This document shows positions 22,585-31,831 of a stretch of DNA of 31,831 nt, in pieces. This stretch comes from Vitrella brassicaformis CCMP3155 (taxonomy: Eukaryota; Protista; Chromerida). The notes under the pieces are model-generated. The model was given only the letters and a program-made list of their open reading frames with translations, was not told the origin of the DNA and did not search any database. The stretch spans positions 1 to 31,831 of the forward strand of contig CDMY01000676.1 of NCBI GenBank assembly GCA_001179505.1, in the 5' to 3' direction. Positions within the stretch are counted from its first letter, which is position 1, and the number at the start of each line of letters is the position of its first letter. The position numbers were made by a program, and so were the translations under genes.

Positions 22585-23352
22585 GTCGGTGGATTACCCG
22601 GCCTATCGGCATCGCCGATCTGTGTGTGGTCGCTCTCGTGTGCTCTGACTTCCCACCTGACGTCCATACCAGCGGTGAGTGATCGGGTAGGCCGTCCGGA
22701 GAGGGGGCGACCTGATCCATGGCAGCCACATCAGCCATGGTTCCGTGTGTGTGTGTGTCTTGTGTGTTCAGCCAGGTGTGTGCCATCGATGCTGCTGCCA
22801 AGGAAGCGACACCAACGAAATGCTTTCCTTGACCCCCACCGCACCCAGCCACCTCCAAGCCAACCGGTGAGTGAGCGGAGATCAGATGCACTGGTGGTGG
22901 ACGGGATGGATGGATGGATGGATCATCTCCTGCTGGCTGCATGTGTGTGGGTCGATCAGGTGTGGCAGCGTCATCTGTCTCCAGCGGATCGTCATTCTCA
23001 ACTCGGGGCGGCATGTCTGGCGGTGCGACCTTCGGGCAGCAACGACCCGGCAGCGCCGCACAGAGCAGCCCCTCCCCCATCCACACGGCAGCCCTTCACC
23101 AGCAGACACACATCGCCATCGACTGCAGCACCCATGCCGACCGTCACTTCTGGAAGAGCCTGACGCCTGAGGAGGCCTTCCATCTCGGCAGGCGACTCAT
23201 TAACCTCACGGCCCTCACCCTCGTGCAGCCACACAGCGACCGGTTGTGGTGTCTGAACACCATGATATACGTCGTGGAGGGCCATGCAGCCGGGCGGCCG
23301 GGCGGCGGGAGGCGTGTGAGAAGGAGGGGCAGCAACACACGGCTGAGGGCCG
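22585..23352 (+). pseudogene. Fragment of a probable lineage-expanded gene family (QQTHIAIDCST..FWKSLTPEEAFHLGRRLINLTALTLVQP..WCLNTMIYVVEGHAAGR), frameshifted by an 8-bp duplication and 3'-truncated
   Basis: The GC3-rich coding-like exon at about 22970-23352 has a tandem CCGGGCGG at 23290-23305. Removing one copy restores AAGRREACEKEGQQHTAEG. The family assignment is from recollection of Vitrella-type expanded proteins, not a search. Confidence 0.45.
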
Positions 23353-24106
23353 GGTATGTTTACCAACAAGGTTCTTATCGAGATGGGCGTCCGGGATGAG
23401 ACAGAATGTGAGGGGGATGCATGCAGAGGGCCGGCAGGATGAAGTGGCCCACAACGCGTATGTGTGTGTGTGTTTTAACGCTCCTCCGAGGAGCTCCACA
23501 ACTCCGTCTGTCTGCCTTTGCTTGTCGGTCGGTGTCAGACGGCTCAGTCGTGCACTCACTGTGTTTGTGTGGACGGACGGACTGCTGGTTCACTCATGAC
23601 TGACACCTTCATGTGATGCGAGCGGACCAAGTGAAGGTGTCATGCACATGTTCATGTGATTGCGGTGAAGAGTAGGTGGATCCGCACTCTTAGAGGCGAC
23701 CGACATGGACTGACTTGTTTGTGCAGAATCGGTGAGTGCCAAACGGATCCATCCGCCCACACACACAAGCCGAACAGCGAGACGGTCGTGGACTTCCTGT
23801 GTGTGCGCCTCTCTGTTGCCTTCTCCTTTTGGGTGCGCATGCGCCGAGGGGAGGGTGAATATCTGTCTATGGTCCTTATGTGTCGGAAAAAACGAAAGCA
23901 CTTCAATGAATATTAATCGCTGAAGGCACAGTTGACGCACCGCGTCAGGTCCGCCCGAATGAGTCCATCCGTCCATCCAGACACACACAATGCATCGCAT
24001 CAAACAAGTCACAATCAGCAAGAGATGGCCTCGGCCGTGCGGCAGCTGGGGAGCTACTGCCCCACCTCCATGGGCATCTTCTCGGTCGTTTCTCTGCTCA
24101 CTTACT

Positions 24107-24829
24107 AGCGAGATACTGAGTATGGGCTTCTGTCTGTCAGACCTCTTGTCGGGGATCGCATTCGTTCCAGGTTCGGTGCTGCGGGGGGGTGGGAAGATGG
24201 CCGACACCTCGCGAGGGGTCATGAAGCTACAGAGCGACGCCAGGATGTCTTCGCCGAAGCGTTCAGGTGCCTGAAGCAGACACATGACCGAAGGAAACAA
24301 GGCGGCATGAGAGTGGCTGACATCGTCTGGGTGGTGTATAGCTGCCTGTGTACCTTCTTCTTAACATCCCAAACCTTCGCGGAGGCAGCAAGTCAGACGG
24401 ACACGCACCAAAGACAAGCATCGAGCAGTGGTTCGGGGATCTTTCTGTTGAGGTGTTCGCCTACCACGGGTGGCTGTCCGTTCGGGTTTGTGTGCGTTAT
24501 TGTCTCGTTGTGCGGCACTACCTGCTTGAACTCCTCCCCCCTTCCGCCGACCTACCTCATGAACAGCGCCGTTCCCTCGTGCAGAGTGCCCGCCTTCTTG
24601 TAGAAGACGTGTGGGTCGATGCGATATACTCTGGCCGTGTCCCACAAGTAGTCGTCGGTCGGAGCCCTCTTGGTGCTCGACAGCAACACAACACGGGTGC
24701 CCTCCTGGTAACGGCCGCTTGCAGAGTGCTCCATCACCTGACGAAACAAACGAACGAACGAAGGAATGAATCGTCCATTTGCGCATCTGCCTGAGGCGGA
24801 TCAGCAGATGAAGATGAAGCTGCTGCCAT
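24107..24829 (-). CDS. Hypothetical protein with an F-box-like segment; 3' part degenerate or unresolved (fragments down to about 23750)
   Basis: Phase-compatible exons VMEHSASGRYQEGTRVVLLSST..LFMR / RTPQQKDPRTTARCLSL / APERFGEDILASLCSFMTPREVSAIFPP..LSISL. FGEDILASLCSFMTPREV (about 24205-24258) weakly fits the F-box consensus LPxEILxxIFSYLxxxDL. Candidate ATG is at 24829, but the first junction is not resolved. Confidence 0.4.
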
Positions 24830-25329
24830 CGCTCAGTCAACCCGGCTGACGAGAAGAGCACAGAGGTGTGCACCACTCTCGGCGTGTATTCTCGTCATGC
24901 ATGTGCTGCCTACCAGCGAGATTTGCCAAGGAGAATCCTATGGACGATGGCCTCTCTGTCCGTGGAGGCTTCTATTGAGGCCGATCTCCGTCTCAGCCGC
25001 GCCTCTGTGTCTGACAAGCAACAACGGCAACAACAACAACACAATCACAGCCAGTCAGTGTGCCGCTGCAACCAAATTGTTTCACCCGATTGCCCTGCGA
25101 TTCCAGGGCGATGAATATCAAAGTACTCTGTGACACCAGATGAGTCGACTGATGATGCCTCAAGCCGTTGGAGTAGAGGGGAGAGGAGAGAGAGCGCGAA
25201 TTCGACGAGAAATTTGAGCTCGCATGTGTAAAAGAGGGAAGGAAAGAGGATGTGATCTGCAACGCGAGAGTGCTTTGTGTTGCCAGCACACACGAGATCG
25301 TCTGGTGATTCATCTGCTTCTCCGATCGC

Positions 25330-25622
25330 ATGAAAGCGTCATCATCGACGAGCAGCAAGGCCACAGGAGGCAGCATGAGCGGCGGCGTGACGCAGATCAA
25401 TGTCGGCGGCTATATCATGGTGTTCCCAAGTGGCGTGCTGCTGCGTGAGGGGCTGCGTGGCACGTGTGTGGCGGTGCTGCTTCACCGGTTCGACCAGTGG
25501 ATGCTCAAGGATGCCGACGGGACTCTGTTCATCGACACAGACCCCGTCTACTTCATCTGGTGAGGGACGAGGGGAGCATGCAGCCAATGACACTCATTTA
25601 CTCACTCATTGACTCACTGCCC

Positions 25623-25653
<31 letters not shown>

Positions 25654-27816
25654 GTTGTGTGTGTGTGTGTCAGGTTGTGTGAGAAGCTGACCCGTTTGAA
25701 GCATGGGTGGGTCGACGAGATCAAGATCTTCGACGCCGTGCAGCCCATCCCCTTCTACCACGACATATTCTTCGCCAACTCGCCGATCGCCATCGACAGA
25801 CCGCATAAGGACAGCGAGAGCCAACCGGCATTCCGCAGCTTCATTGCCATGATGGGCGCCTTCATCAAGTCGTCCATAGAGGGAGGCAGGGGAGGGGCGG
25901 AGGTGCTGAGTGTGACTGTGGACGGCCGCACAGTGGCGACCACCGATGCCACACTGGCCGACTTCGACACACTCAACGACCGATTCACCAAGTGAGAAGA
26001 CAGGCACACACAGGGTGAAATGGGGAAGCTGTGAAATGATTGACTTGCCTTCTCCTCTGTGTCACGTGTGCAGGTATGGCGCCACTCCCATCGTCGATGT
26101 GTCTGCAAACCACGTCGACCTGTGAGCACCCAGACAACCACCAGAGGCAGCAATAGACCGCATCTATTCGTCTGTTGGTTTGTTCAGGATCGTCGACTTC
26201 GCTCGTCGGTGTCGCCTGGCCCCCGAAGGCGCCGTCGTCCCGCCGCCCTCGTGTACGGACCAGGATGAGCTGGTGCGTGTGAGTGAGATGTACGGCGTCC
26301 TGGAGGCCATGTACCCCAACATCCTCGCCAACGACGTCATGCAGACCCTCCTCATCATGATCGGCAAGAAACAACCTAACACAACCTGCCTCTGCAAGTG
26401 AGAAACGGCAAGGAGAGGCCATAGCGCCACGTTCTATTCATCTGTGTGTCATGTGTGTGTGTGTCAGGAGTTCGCTGCACGGTTCGTCGTATGCTAGTCT
26501 GGCGCAGCGAGTGATGGGCCGCCGCGGCCTCCTCTTCGTCATCAAGTACGACGACACCAACACCATCGCAGTCTTCGCCGACACCAGGCTGCACATCCAG
26601 CCGACCCCACATCTCAGCTGCTGTTCTGCTGCCCCGTGTCGCTGTTTTCGGTGTGCGGTGCATTCGGGGAGGGCATCACCAAGATCGACGTGCCGCAGAA
26701 CGGGCAGTGTGTGGCGGTGGCGGGCACAGAGGGGGCGGCAACGGACAAGGACGGTGAGCCATTCGGCGAGGTAGCCATCGCTGGCGGCCGCCTGTGGCTG
26801 GGGTGTGGCAATCGCGGCCCGACTGACGACATTCTCCGCTGCCAGCAGTGGGTGTGCAAGAAGGAGCAGCCGGCCAACAGGAAATTTGTGGGCAAGACCA
26901 TCAACAGCAAGGCCGCGAGCCTCTGTGGTGTTGAGACCTACAACTTCGCCGCCCGGCGTGTGGAGGTCTTCCAGGTCCGTCAGCCAGGCATCAACCAGAG
27001 AGCACACAAGTGGGTGTGGACATCATGACCCCTTTCTCTCTGTGCAGGTGTGGAGTGCTGTGCCGGCCGACCCCATCCTGACTGAGTCTGACCTGCGAAC
27101 ACTCGTCGACCTGACCGGCATGACGGATGCGACCCCACAACTTCTCTAAAAGTGAGCAACCGATGACAGGCAGGCTGCTCGTGATTCGTTGATGATATCG
27201 TTTTGCTGCTTTCGTGTGTGTGTTTGTCAGGGCTGAGCGTGACGGCTGGGAGTCCGAGGCCATGTTCAAGAATGTGGGCGACGCCACCGACCTCCTGCTG
27301 CTCCTCACAGACCTCACAGACCCCAGCGGCCCCATCATCGCCTCGCACATCGAGGGCGGACTCACCCCGCCCGCCGACCCCACTGCAGTGGCGACGACCC
27401 CCTGTGCTGTGTCGCTGTTTTCGGTGTGCGGTGCGTTTGGGGATGATGGCATCATCAAGGTCGAGGTGCCAAGGACAAGCAGGACGTGTGGGTGGCGGGC
27501 ACACAAAGGGACGGTGACGGACAAGGACGGTGAGCCAGGCGGCAAGGTGCCATCGCCAAGGGCCGCCTATGGCTGGGGTTTGGCAATCGCCGCCCGACAG
27601 GCGACCTTCGCAGCTGCCAGGTGTGGGTGTGGAAGGAGGAGCTGCCGGACGACAAGAAGTACGTCGGGACCATCAACAACAATGGCACAGCCATCTTGGG
27701 GTCCGGCATCACCTTCACGGCTGCCGATTTGGAGATCTACACACTGCAGGTCAGAAAGACGGGAAAGTGGGAAAGAAGGACATACACACACCATGAACGG
27801 TACGTCCTTTTCTCCC

Positions 27817-27847
<31 letters not shown>

Positions 27848-27920
27848 TGTGCAGCCGTCTGCTGGGTGGCAGTGGGTGAGTGCCGTCGCCTCCGTCGTGA
27901 TGAACTCACGACCGACATGA
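25330..27920 (+). pseudogene. KCTD-type BTB/POZ (T1) protein with a second degenerate BTB-like segment and two tandem TLDc-like domains; multiple disabling lesions
   Basis: VTQINVGGYIMVFP..LLHRFDQWMLKDADGTLFIDTDPVYF (BTB). LSVTVDGRTVATT..IVDFARR (second BTB-like). Two homologous C-terminal units share VSLFSVCGAF..I.K..VP..V.VAG..G...DKDGEP.G.VAIA.GRLWLG.GN..P..D...CQ.WV.K.E. Frameshifts at about 26600, 27473/27500 and 27549, plus an in-frame TAA at 27147-27149. Confidence 0.8.
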
Positions 27921-29174
27921 TGGCTGTGGAGGGAGGCAGACAGACGATAATGTGGGGGTGTATGACGTCTGCGCTGCATTGACATGTCGCATGGCCAAGT
28001 GCTTATCGCCGACGATGCACACACATTCACATGGAGGCGGCGACTCGTTTTTGGCTGTCGGTACGGGGGTGGCGGGGCGGGTGCATTTAAGCCATCGATC
28101 GCAGAGGATTCTTTCTATCGATGTGTAGGTATTCATTCATATGTCTAGAGCCAGCAAGTGGGACCCCTTCCTTTATCGACGGACTTCCGTGCAGTCTGTG
28201 CCGAGACACTCTCATCTCGATGCATTTGACGTACACAGACAGTCCATCACGCAAAGGCATGTGACGACCCTCGATAGTCGTGACCCACGCACGTACTCAC
28301 CCAGCCGGTCTGCCTGCCGCTCAGTCATGGATGTCCATCTGACTGGGTGTGTGTGCGTTGGAGAGAGAAGGGAGGGAGGGAGGGAGGGAGAGAGAGGGAG
28401 CAAGGAAGGGTCCTGTGTTCTGTGGGTGTCGTCTGCCTTTCGTTCTCGGTATGACTACGGCTGGCTAAGTCATTCACTTGCGCGGTTTGGGGTGGACCGC
28501 TGGCTCGCATGAGATGAAATGTGCGTCGCTGAAATGTGCGTCGCGTCCATTGGTCAGTCACTTCAGAGGCGGACACATGGAGCCACACTCGTTAACACGT
28601 CTGTCCATCCCTCCACTCATACCGTCTCAGCCAGGCCAACACACACAGAGGGGAGAGAGGGGAGTAGACCCGCCACGCACCCATGCGCCGCGCCCATCCA
28701 CCCACCAGAGGCATGGGAACATTCGCCTCACACCCAGCCATTGTGTCGACATCAGCAGCTCATCTACACGACACACGAAAAGTGACAGCGGAACTATATC
28801 TTGCTCTCACCGCCCAGGGCTCACGATTTGCCACCAGCACAATCCACCAATCCTCATCATCGTCCCGTGTGTTGATGGTGAAGCCGCCCACTGGAGTGTC
28901 GTTAGAGGCGAGAGAGGGGAGGGCTTCAGATAGATGGATGGAACCCCCCGCGAACGTCAACGAACGTGGTGATGATGCAGAGGTGTCACATGGTTGCATA
29001 GTGGATGTTTCCTTGGTCGAAACCATCGATTCAATCCCCATCATCTGCGAGCTTGCAAGGGGAAGGGGTGATGCATTTTTGGCTTCTGCTGGGGTCACTG
29101 CTCGGCCATGCTCGTGCAGGCATAGATCTCTGAGGCATTACGTATTATTGCCTCGGGATCAGAGCTGATCCCAT

Positions 29175-30722
29175 ATGGACCGGGACGACCACAGCAATGC
29201 AGCACCATCAGCACCATCGGCACCAGCAGCACCACCCGCATCGGCAGCACCATCATCGACTGACGACAGCAAGCCCGCCACCACTCCCCAGCAGCTGGAT
29301 CTCTTCGCGGGCGTCACCGGCGGCGGTCTGTTTGAGGATGAGGAGGAGAGAAGGAGGAAGAAGAAGCAGAAGAGGGCCGTGTCGGAGGAGAAGCTCTTCG
29401 CCTTCACTCTCCTGGGCTACGGGGGAGCCGCCGCCGCATCCAGGGTCCTGACGGCACCGCTCGACAGGGTCAAGGTCATCCTCCAGTGCCAGGCGTGCTT
29501 CAGAGGCACCACCGTCACATTCAACGGCCTCACTGATGCTGCCACACGTGAGCAATGCACGCAGACACGCACGGCATGGCACCCTCATCGACATGCTATG
29601 TTGGTCGTGTGTGTGTGTGTGTGTCTGCCTGTGTGTGCATCCGCCATGGATCAGACATATGGCGCCACCAGGGCTGGCGCGCCTTTTGGTGGGGCTTCAG
29701 CCCGCACATGTGGAACGTGTTCGTCGGCACGGGTGTGCGGCTGCTGACCTACCAGAAGCTCCGGCTGTTTTTCTTGCCCGGCGGCGAAGATGCGCACCAC
29801 GGCGCGGAGCTGGTTGTGCGCGAGACTGGCTGCTTCATCGGCTCGAGCTCTGTCGCCCTGCTTGTGTCTTATCCGTTCGACGTGCTCTTCACGCGTCTGG
29901 CCACTGACGGCGGGCGGCCCGGTGCGATGCACAAGCGGACCTTCAAGGGCCTCTGGCACTGCATCTGGACCACTGTACAGACGCAAGGTGGGTGTGGTAC
30001 TTGAGTGGGTGGATGCTTCCCTGCTGGATGGATGTATGGGTTTCACTCGTTCAGGCTTCTCGCCCTTCTATCGAGGGTGTGGGTTCTGCATGGCGTCGAG
30101 CGTGCCCTTCCTGTTCGTCGCACTGGGTGCCGCCCGTCTGTATGAGGACCACATCCTCACCCGCATCCAGCCAGCACGCACCACGCCATCGCGCCCATCT
30201 ACGTCGACATCAGGGGATTTCCCCCCGACCGATCAGAAGATGGTGGAGCGGTCGAGCGTCGAGCCGCTGCGGTGGTACCCGTGGAACCTGCTGGGCGGCA
30301 TGGCCTCAGGACTGCTCGCACAGACCGCAACCTACCCTTTAGACACCATCAGGTAAATACGTACGCATGTCAGCCGCGTTGCGTTACAAGGAGAGGGGAG
30401 TGCTGTGCTGGTCATGTTGCGTGTCGTGCGTGTAGGCGTCGTTATCAGTATGACGGGTCCAGTCCGTGGAGCGATCCGCCGTGGACGCGACAGTTCGCAT
30501 CGATAGCCGAGTGCGCACGGGTCAGCCACCCATCAATCCACCCACCACTCACTCACTCAAGAGAAGAGGTGTGCATGTTGTGTGTCCAATTGTCAGCATT
30601 CGTGTCGGCGCGGGTTGGGTGATTTGTACAGGGGCGCGGGTGTGAATGCGCTCAAGGTGGTGCCCGAGGCCATGGTCATCTGCTGCCTCTACTGGATCAT
30701 CAAGACCAAAATACCTCCATAA
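29175..30722 (+). CDS. Mitochondrial carrier family (SLC25) protein, 5 exons, intact; substrate not assignable
   Basis: Three carrier repeats with signature motifs APLDRVK, YPFDVLFTRLATD and YPLDTIRRRYQ, and matrix-loop motifs QGWRAFWWG, QGFSPFYRG and GLGDLYRG. The four introns are phase-compatible; stop at 30720-30722. Confidence 0.92.
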
Positions 30723-31070
30723 TGATCAACTGGATGATCAAGATGGCTCATTTAGTTGTTGGATGATCAATTCACGTAGATGAATGAAATGGACAGAGAA
30801 AGATGGATGGATGGATGGATGGATGAGAAATGGATGGAAGGTACACTTGTACAGTACTTTCGTGTGTGTAGAGGTAGGTTCGTGTCTGTCGTTCACACAC
30901 GTCATGACATTGATTCCATGGATCAACACGCTTCATCGCCACTCGTCTGTCTGTCTGTATGTATGTCTGTTGCGATAGCATCATCAAAATTGTCTCTCAC
31001 GCCACGCACACGCCACGCACATCATGACTGTCTGCCTGCCTCTCAGTCTGTCAGTCTGTGTGTGCGCCGG

Positions 31071-31831
31071 TCACTTGAGCATCGGCAGTGTGCGGCGCGG
31101 CCGTTTCCTGACACACACAGACACACACACACAGAGACATCCATCCATCCATCGATCCATTTGTGTGTGTTGTGGTGTGGTTACGAGAGTCCGTCTGCCC
31201 TCTGTCTGATGGCCGGGCTGCTGATCGACTGGCGCCCCTTCTTGTTGTCGTTCTCACTGTGCGACGACTTGTCGTCGTCCACCGCCGCACGACCACGCTT
31301 GCGCGACACTGACGGACCAGTGAGATGGCATCAGACGAGAGAAACACACACATTTGGTGTGCCTGTGTCTGTGTGTCTGTCTCTTGTACCTTGTTGTTGC
31401 TGCGAGTTGTTGTGTGTGTGTCGCCGCACACTGCAGCCCTTGCCCATGTAGTCACGGGTACTCAGCAGTCCGCTCTCCTGCGGCCTGACAGAGAATGACA
31501 TGTGTGTCTGTGTGTGTGTGTGTGTGTGGCAGCGACTTACTGTTCGGTTATGCACTGTGCGATTTCCTCGTCCTGCCCGATCATCGCAGCCAAACTCACA
31601 CACGTCACCTGCACACACACACACACACACAGATGGATGGCTGGACGGTGTGTCTGTGTGCTCACATAGCGGATGTCGCTGTCGAGGAGCCTCTTGGTGG
31701 CCGTCGTCAGAAGCGCCTCAGCCTCGTTGTCAAGCTGACCAGACAGACAGACAGACAGACAGACAAGGGCATGGATGTGTGTGTATGCTGGTGTGGTGGG
31801 TGTGTGGGCGACCGATGGGTCATCGTCGTTG
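31071..31831 (-). CDS. HOP1: Meiotic HORMA-domain protein (Hop1-like), copy 2; only the 3' exons are in the window
   Basis: Near-identical to copy-1 exons: LDNEAEALLTTATKRLLDSDIRY / VTCVSLAAMIGQDEEIAQCITEQ / PQESGLLSTRDYMGKGCSVRR / SRKRGRAAVDDDKSSHSENDNKKGRQSISSPAIRQ / RPRRTLPMLK*, with the stop at 31071-31073. Confidence 0.85.

Larger units (their letters stand above)
1..31831. other. Genome-style feature: short introns built from microsatellites
   Basis: (GT)n/(CA)n, (ATCC)n, (GACA)n and (CCCT)n tracts occupy almost every intron and many intergenic spacers. Confidence 0.9.

Noticed and set aside
28514-28544. 15-bp tandem duplication tgaaatgtgcgtcgc
   Set aside because: It is an isolated short intergenic duplication with no associated structure.
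223-31630. Dozens of ORFs rich in VCVC, THTH, HPSI and TDRQ
   Set aside because: They are translations of intronic or intergenic microsatellites, or antisense shadows of real exons.
1-31831. tRNA, rRNA or autonomous transposon/retroelement ORFs (RT, integrase, DDE)
   Set aside because: No cloverleaf, rRNA or RT/DDE catalytic motifs were recognised by eye; tRNAscan-SE and an HMM search would be needed to exclude them formally.

Overview
Eukaryotic, GC-rich, intron-dense genomic DNA. Introns are short and full of (GT/CA)n, (ATCC)n, (CAGA)n and (CCCT)n microsatellites. This style and the gene families resemble the chromerid alga Vitrella brassicaformis (inference, not verified). Gene models were built by hand from GT/GC-AG sites and reading-frame phase. 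The window is bracketed by two same-strand copies of a meiotic HORMA gene (HOP1-like): 510-3273, with an apparent splice-donor lesion and no recognisable first exon, and 31071 to beyond the window end. Intact conserved genes are the AP-3 mu adaptin (5382-7778) and a mitochondrial carrier (29175-30722). There is also a PH-like gene interrupted by a 300-N gap and a frameshifted intronless multi-TM gene. The accessory middle (about 10.9-28 kb) is dominated by ubiquitin-system domains: a U-box gene, two divergent papain-fold genes with Josephin-like Cys/His/Asp motifs and a shared C-terminal tail (one frameshifted, one intact), an F-box-like fragment and a BTB + tandem TLDc-like pseudogene. Decayed exon duplications and a short inverted-repeat element with telomere-like repeats lie between them. 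The best novelty candidate is the Josephin-like deubiquitinase pair, one of which can be read in frame with the upstream U-box gene (possible E3+DUB ubiquitin-editing architecture). All domain calls come from motif recognition and need HMM or structure confirmation.
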